DNA of 64,000 bases from Trichoplax adhaerens (lineage: Eukaryota; Animalia; Placozoa), in assembly GCF_000150275.1 (NCBI RefSeq), contig NW_002060949.1, positions 2,787,836-2,851,835 on the forward strand. The letters are read 5' to 3'. Each line of letters opens with the position of its first letter. Position 1 is the stretch's first letter. Shown in pieces: positions 53,401 to 64,000 of this stretch. The notes under the pieces are model-generated. The model searched no databases. It was not told the DNA's origin and saw only the letters and a program-made list of their open reading frames with translations. The position numbers were made by a program, and so were the translations under genes.

Positions 53401-56400
53401 TCAACATTGACAATACTTTTCACTTATCTGTTTAAGGTTGAAATATTTATAGAAGTATAGGATTAATGGTTGTGATGAATCAATTTTGTTAGAATTCTAT
53501 ATCGTAATTGTCAATTTAGTCTTGCAATTCTAAAGTAAATTTCAACTACAGCAGGCCAGCGGAACATACTTCTTCTTATGGTCATATTAAATCGATTTTA
53601 TTGTACTGTATCGATATGTGTTCATAGCAACCTAATCCAGATTTAAAAGTAACGTAAATTATTTTAGTAGCTTCTGATTTAGTTATTTTCTTAGTATAAA
53701 CGGTACAATTAAAATACTAAGCTGACACAAATCTGCGTAATAAAATAAAGATAATTGCTATTTTTATCATCTAGTCTCATATTCTAAAGAACTTACATAG
53801 GCTGTAGATAATAATTTAGTTAGGCTAATAAGTTATACAAATAAAATAGAATATTTATATCCATTGCATCATAAGAGATGTTATTATTTGTCAATGATAA
53901 CAATGAATCCTACGTGGTATTTTAATTTTAATAACTTGATTATAAAACTACAGGTATCCTCGTTTTATGATATGGTATCAGCTGCAACATAAGTCCTTAA
54001 TCACAGATAGCTCAAATTCTCATCGACAGATTACCAGATCAGTGGCTCAATCATTGTCTAGGCCTAGCAGCGCAAGTAATCCATCTAAAGCTGTTTCTCT
54101 ATGTAAAGTCTCCTTTCCTAGCGAACCTTATTTCGAAGAATTATCCATACCAAAACGTCGACCCCAATCCGCAATATCGGCTCGTAGTAGACCTTCTTCT
54201 GCAAGATATAAGGTAAAATCCGACTATCTTATTGCTAATTAAAATTATCCATAAATCCACCTCTAGTTAATCTTTCTTGTTACTCAAATTGTGCTTTTTG
54301 AATCATGGTATGCTTCCATCTGCATAAGAATAGAGTTTAGATTATCACATCATTGTTGTAAAATTGCTCCATAGATGGTGTACTATAGAAGAAAAATATC
54401 TCGATTTTTATTGCAGACAAAATCTTTAACTCAAACACCAGGCTTAGTCGATCACTATCGTCAAACTTTAAATCAAGTTGACAGCGATCATGAGAGTACC
54501 AAAGCATGGAGTCAAAGAAATGAAATTACCAATTGTGAAGGAAATGGCATTAAGACAATTATTACTAACAAGGGTAAAATGGTGCGTTAATATAGAAATT
54601 TCCTTTTAATGTCATCCTGTTGCTAAGCTTGCTTAATATCTAGTGCATCGATTAACATATTTCCCTCTATACATAGACCAAATAAGCTTTTTTATGATCT
54701 ATTAAGATGAATAATCAAAATTAAATGATCAAAAGATCTACAGTAACTTTTACTATATCATAGTCATGTAATTACATTTGCCTATTTTAAATCTACCTAC
54801 ATAGCCTATAAATGACATGATAAAAATATAAAATAGATATTTGTATCCAGTATTACGGTCTCTTGAAGATAAGTAGTCTAAATTTGATATGACTAAAAGA
54901 TCGATCGTAGTTTTAGAAGAAGACGTAGTAGATTTTTTGTTACAATATCAAACTATTAATCTATAGTGTAGCCTATGATATACCCTTTTCCTGCAACTGA
55001 AAAAAATAAATAAGTTTTTAGGGTCCATCATAGCTGAATAGTCGAAGTGAAAACGATTACAGGATCTGTGATAGCTTTAGAGTGAGATCTGATGAATTTA
55101 TTATTGAACCATAGCTATAAATCTATAGTAGCCCATGACCTCCTACATCTTTTCTCTATACGACTAATATAAATAAATTTCGTGATCCATCGAAGATGAA
55201 TAAAAAAATGAGACGATTAGAAGTTAGTTTTAGAGTGAAATAAGGCGAATGTATAAAATATCATAGTTTCAGAATTGATTTATTGTGACTTTAGAGTAAA
55301 AATCAAGACAAAAATGTTACTCTATGTTAAAATATCGATTGCTTTAGAATAGAATAGAATTAGAGTATCTTTTAAAAATTTTATGTACGCTTATTTCAAT
55401 TTCTTTTAATGCTATCCCTCCTTTAGAACGAACCTAAAAAACAACTCATTGAATACTATGATCAAGAACCGTTATCCTATGATAATGAAAGCTTAATCCA
55501 GTCATTGCGTATTGCCTTGGAGAATGACTCCAACTGTGGAAATTATTTTAAAAATTTCTTACAGCAGTCTGGTTGTGATCAGGTAACGTCAAGTTTGAAT
55601 ACAGCAGTGATTTTCTACTAATGGTTCTTATAGGGTGGGATAGCAAGAAATCATTTTATTCTATTTTTACTTCGTATAGTAAAGGAATACAGTAGTAATC
55701 TTTTATAAAAGGATCATAAGTGCTTCGAGTAATACTGTTATAATAGCTGCTTCTTGTAAATAGACGATATTGTTTAGTTATTATTAATTTACTTTCTGCA
55801 GAGTATTAAAAATTGCCATCAGTTATGGCATGATATACTGGAATATATTCAATTCTTTCACGAAGGTACTTTTAACGAATTTAAAGTGGGAAGCTTCGCC
55901 AAGGTAACTGAAGAAATAGTGCGACTATAATTCGATATTCTAACAGCAGTCTTATAACTGGTTAATCATCTAAAAAATTCTAAAGCTGGTAATTTAAAGT
56001 ATGCATATCCTACGATTTATTCTCCTAATAATTGTTACCACCTTTCAATCGTGCAGAGAATTTTTAGCGACTATATATTGCCTGGTAGCCGATTCAATAT
56101 TCATTGTAACGAAAAACTACGTAAAAAGGTCATTAAGCAACTGGATCCGCCTTATGAAGATTTATTTGATAATATTGAAGATTTTATTTTAAGAAAATTA
56201 TTACCGCCTTGGAAGAATTTCTTACAATTTGATAAAGAAGAACTATCTAAAGTCAGTTCGATCTTTCAAATCTTAGCGATTGCTCATAAAAAGAACTTAA
56301 AATAATTATCTTATTTGCGGTAGTTCCCTTCTAGGCAATCTACCATTTTAGTTTTTTATTATTTTGAAAAATTAATAATGGCGTTAAATATTTTTAAGAC

Positions 56401-59400
56401 AAAGTCTATGTAGTGTACATGGACCTGTATACAGTATTTAAACTAGATAGGTACAATGGCCTTAAACTGATGTATGAAATATCTTTCATTCTACACATAT
56501 TTTAGTTACCAAAAATGTCCATTTTAAGATATGTGGAAACTGAAGAATTTATTCCAATTTTGCAACGTGGGATCGGAGTTTATTCTGAAGACTGTGATAC
56601 AGAATCAAGTTTATACATGGATTCATTTGAATCTATGCTAAGTCAGCACAGATCGGCCAAGGTTACAGCAATTTCACTCAAGTCACTTAAAAATTTTTGT
56701 CTTTGATTGGCTGAATTGTCGGACTAACGTTTTCTTATGTACTTGGTTAGAAATCAGATAAAGATTCTGTTAGCTTTATGGCTGCAGCCTTGGAAGCTCT
56801 CAATGGGCAGCATTTTGTCGATGGTAAAGGCGATACAGACAGCGTAGATGGCTCCAACAGTGATAGTAGTTTTTCAGATGATGACAGTGACCTTAAAGGA
56901 CCGCAGACATTTCAGAAGACATTAAGCAATCGTAGTGAATTAGAGTTTCTTCGTAAATTTTTGGAAGAGAAACAATCTGTCAATGATTTACTATGTTTCC
57001 TTGATATTGAGGAATATCGTCGAGTGCCCCATACAGATGGTGCAACACGAAATCTATTGGCTAGCCAAATTAAAGAGAAATACCTAAATAGGAAATATTT
57101 TTTCAATGCTAATAGTCCTGCTAATAAAATGGTTCAAAAGAAAGTAAGTCGGAAGTAGATGATTTTAAAATATTTTCGAAATAATTCGATTGCTGTATTC
57201 AATAAAAATTGTTACAATAACAGTTCCCATGGTCATTTACACAGAAACAATTTCAGTATTTAAGTATCCATTATTAAATTTCTTTCCTCTAAGTTCTAAT
57301 TAATTGATTATTAGAATGCCTATAGTGATTCTGTGCTTGCTTATCCACTTCCATTGTAGCCTTCTAGACAATTATCGTTAGCTATCTCTTGCTACTCTGA
57401 TCTTCAAATAATGTCCTATTCTACTGTATATTGCTTCGATAGACTAGTAATCCGTTTTAGCTGCTTCTGTCATTATTTTTATACTCAATATTTCAATAAT
57501 GTCCTATTGTAAATTATCTAGACAGACTAGCAAACCGCTACAATACATCCTTGACTCTCCTTTTCACTATGTTAGCATTAAAGTGATGGGCTATAGGGAA
57601 TCATCCATAACCAGATTACTATACAATCATTAATAACTGCCTTTTGCTACTCGAATATTTAAATAGTTTTCGATAATATGATATTTAAATAGATTAGTAA
57701 TAGCTATGCAACACCTATAACTGCCCTGTCCGATTGCAAGATTTGAATAATATTCTTTACTAAATTACCCATAGGCAAACTGCTATATAACTGTCATTAC
57801 TTATTACATTTTACAACTCTACTATTTAAGTAAAACCCTGCTGTAAATTATCTAGATAGACTAATAAAATGCTACACCTCGGCTTGACCACTTCATAATA
57901 TGTTCTTACACTAAGAAGATATTTGAATATGTTTTATAGAAAATTATCCAGATGTAGACTTTTACAGATTCATCATCGGTTACCTCGTACTATTGTAAAT
58001 TTCTAAAAACTACTATACGTACAAGCAAACTGCAATAATATATCCTCAGTATTATAGAAAGAAACTGTCATGTTCACATCTTTCACTATTCTTGAACCAT
58101 TCCAATACTGAAATCAAAATTCTATTCTAAACTATCTAGATCTATACTGCTATGCATTCAAGTAATAAACTTTATCCGGATTGTCCATCATCATCTACAT
58201 TAATCAGTGTGCAAAAGATTTTAAGAGCTAGACTTCAGAAGCATTGGTTTCCCTTATTTCTACAAACCGAAGATTTTAGAAGGAGAAGAGCACAATCAAT
58301 GAACGCTAAATTATTCAACTTTAATTGTAGCAACTCACAACAGGGCTCGGCATTAAAGGTAATTGTGTTCGATAAGTAATAGGTAATCGTGTTCGATATT
58401 ACACATAATTAATCAAACATGAATCGAAATGAATTATAGGATGATCATTACTGCACTGATCGGTAATTCCTGCATTAAGTAAAAGCTGTTTTTTTGTAAT
58501 TTCTTACATCCCTGGTCTAGCTCCTGCGAAGTCGATGGAAATCTTCATCATATGATTTAATTTATCTTCGAAAAACCTTAATTGATGCCGAAAAATCAGT
58601 TAATTTTCAACATTTCCTAGTTGCTAAACATAATCTTTTAGAAAGCAATGTTTTATTTTGGCGAGAAGTTCAAAAATATAAGGTAATCTTGTCTCTATGA
58701 TATTTTAACGGGATTTTTATATCTTATATACTCATATATTTATATAGCATAAATCAATAAAAGTACTCATTTCTATTGATTTTATGTACAATGATAAACT
58801 GAAAAAAATTAGCTAGTGCATGAGTTCAAACTAAGCGTATTCCAGCTTCAATTGGTTGTATTAAGCATCTAATTATGTCAGTCGCTCACTACCACCCAAT
58901 CTAAACATGACTTCAGTATGAGCGTAGTTAAGTGATTTAGATTGAAGGCCGAAAAAATGACGGACTTAGTTATATATCTGTAAATTATTGACATATTTTT
59001 AAAAATTGTGGCATGAAGTTAGTTAATTGTCCAAAATTTCATGCGCACGTCTAACTCTCTAAATGTAGCATGACGAGTTAAAATCATGTTTAAGCTATAC
59101 ATGAGGGTGCATTTTAAATTTTTGTTTAGGAATTATGTCATTCTCATGCGGAAATTACCTTCAGAATCAGTAAAGCGAAAGCCATCATTAGTCGATTTAT
59201 TGATTCGGCTGTTCCACCACGCATACAAATTAGCATATCCGTAGATATTGCTAATCGTATTGTTGATCAGCAGAGGCAGGCTGGACCTTATATATTTCGT
59301 GAAGCACAGGTAAGAATGAATGATTTTTGATTATATTACATATAGGTTAATACATAAGTCCTTTCTCTCGGCAATATATAATAAGTATTAACCATACTAT

Positions 59401-60257
59401 TATAGCTAACAGTATTCCGCGGCCTCTTTGGCTATTGGGGAGCGTATCGAGCCTTAGAAGCTACAGTCACTCCTGATTACTTTGCTACTGCGGCCGAAGA
59501 AGCGAAAAAACAAAGAAGAGAAAGATTTACTATTTATAAAAAACAGATAGATGAAGCAAATAAAAATAATCAAATGGAAGATAGCAGTATTGGTGGCGAT
59601 AGTATCGGTGTCATAGAAGATAGTGTAGAACCTGAAAAGTTGATTAATGATCATCACACTTCATTTCGTTATTCGATATATTGTAAGGAAGGTATGGCTA
59701 CCGACAATGTTGACATAAATGCTACCGAAATCAATCAGAAGAAAAATGAAGATGTTATTGATATTAAGAGTGTAAATGGTGAAGAAAAGGAAGAAAAACT
59801 GGAGAAAAAACAACTGCCTCCACGATCAAAATCTGCACGTTACAGAAGAAAAATTTCCGATTCACTGAAGGAGAAAGAAGAGCAATCTAATGTGATAGAT
59901 AGAATCGGACTAGAATTATCGACAACGAAACAGCTCGATAAAGAGGATGTATCAGCCAAAATCACTGTTGTAAAAAATAAATCTCGCCCTTCAAGTGCTT
60001 CTTCTGCTTCTATCATGACTCAGTCTCCTCGTTATACTACTTGGAAAGGTAACTCTAGCCCAAATTTATCACCTAAACTATCAAAACAGGTTCATTTGAG
60101 TGAAAAGGACGTTACTAAGTTGAAGGTCAGAACTCAGTTGCGTCAACGATCGCATTGGCAACAAATCGTCAACCCATCTTTACCAACCTGTCAAGAAATT
60201 ATATTACGGCGATATGCAAATAAGTTCGAAGTCAAATCGAATCATAAGAAACATTAA
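50441..60257 (+). CDS. RGS22: Regulator of G-protein signalling 22-like, with multiple RGS domains; multi-exon
   Basis: The N-terminus MDVNEDNL|ETKLMYDQLLVEFLNEYLASP|TFGERITYN..|GLQWFKLHRLKSFLRSKSYCEYRLA parallels vertebrate RGS22. RGS-box segments are seen at ~52720-53175 (LNFWVDIEY), ~55430-56250, 56751-57143 (FLRKFLEEKQSVNDLLCFLDIEEYR) and ~58520-59310 (VLFWREVQKYK..FIDSAVPPRIQISI..PYIFREAQ). The stop is at 60255-60257. The start exon is less certain. Confidence 0.88.
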
Positions 60258-60911
60258 TGTAAGGTAGTACTGTTAATACTACAATTGATCGAGATTTTTG
60301 TATCAGGTGGGCTTGTACGTGCTACACGGAATGACTTGCTGTAATATATTTGTTATGTACTATAATTTTCTTGTAAAGACAAGAAATCTTTATATTATAT
60401 TTCGTTCCTCACACAAGAAAAATATCAATTATTTATTAACTGTTTAAACGGTGATAAGCGACTGTATGTAACTACCTATTGCACAGATACGAGAAATAAA
60501 AAACAAGTTAACATCATCTTGAAGTAATTTACATACAAAATAAGGTGTTAAAATATATGTACATGGTCAAAAATTATTTCTTCATTAATAAATATTCGAG
60601 ATATTTTACCGCAAATTATAGTAGAACGTTTGCCTAGAATATTTATATTAAGAAAAAAATAAAACACTATAATGTACAGTGTACAAATTGTACATTTATC
60701 CAACTCACCGAATAAGATGACAATAAAGCACGCAAAATACAGATAAATCTTGATTAAGATTGTGATGAAAGTTAGAATACGATACGGTACATTGGTATTG
60801 AATATGCGACAAAATTAATATTTAAGTGCATATATACAGTGATAACATTAATAGAAATGAGTTATAGTAATAATACTGCTGCTTTGATGATGTAAATAGG
60901 TTATATGCAAC

Positions 60912-63950
<3,039 letters not shown>

Positions 63951-64000
63951 CTATAGGGAATAATAGAGATATGAGAATAGGAAATACTTTATAAGAGCAG

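Overview
This is AT-rich eukaryotic animal DNA (GC about 30-33% by eye) with many short GT-AG introns and two 50-N assembly gaps. It most resembles an early-branching animal such as the placozoan Trichoplax, which is an inference from composition and gene structure. Seven spliced genes were reconstructed by hand. On the minus strand are two paralogous adhesion GPCRs (C-type lectin, mucin stalk, GAIN/GPS, 7TM; <137-10398 and 20178-36170) flanking POFUT1 (12980-15539). HM13/signal peptide peptidase (-, 39689-44307) lies head-to-head with ARFRP1 (+, 45394-47625). An RGS22 orthologue (+, 50441-60257) lies tail-to-tail with TGS1 (-, 60912 to beyond 64000). Non-coding features include several tandem repeat families, a palindrome-rich repeat filling the HM13/ARFRP1 divergent promoter, and a consensus RFX X-box upstream of RGS22. 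The most interesting points are: lectin-mucin aGPCRs with split signal peptides, symmetric phase-1 stalk exons and divergent sugar-binding motifs; a possible very ancient POFUT1/HM13/TGS1 microsynteny matching the human 20q11/8q12 paralogon; a POFUT1 with no terminal KDEL-like signal; and the hairpin-array promoter. I found no CRISPR array, RNA gene or autonomous transposon, and no clearly new multi-gene system.
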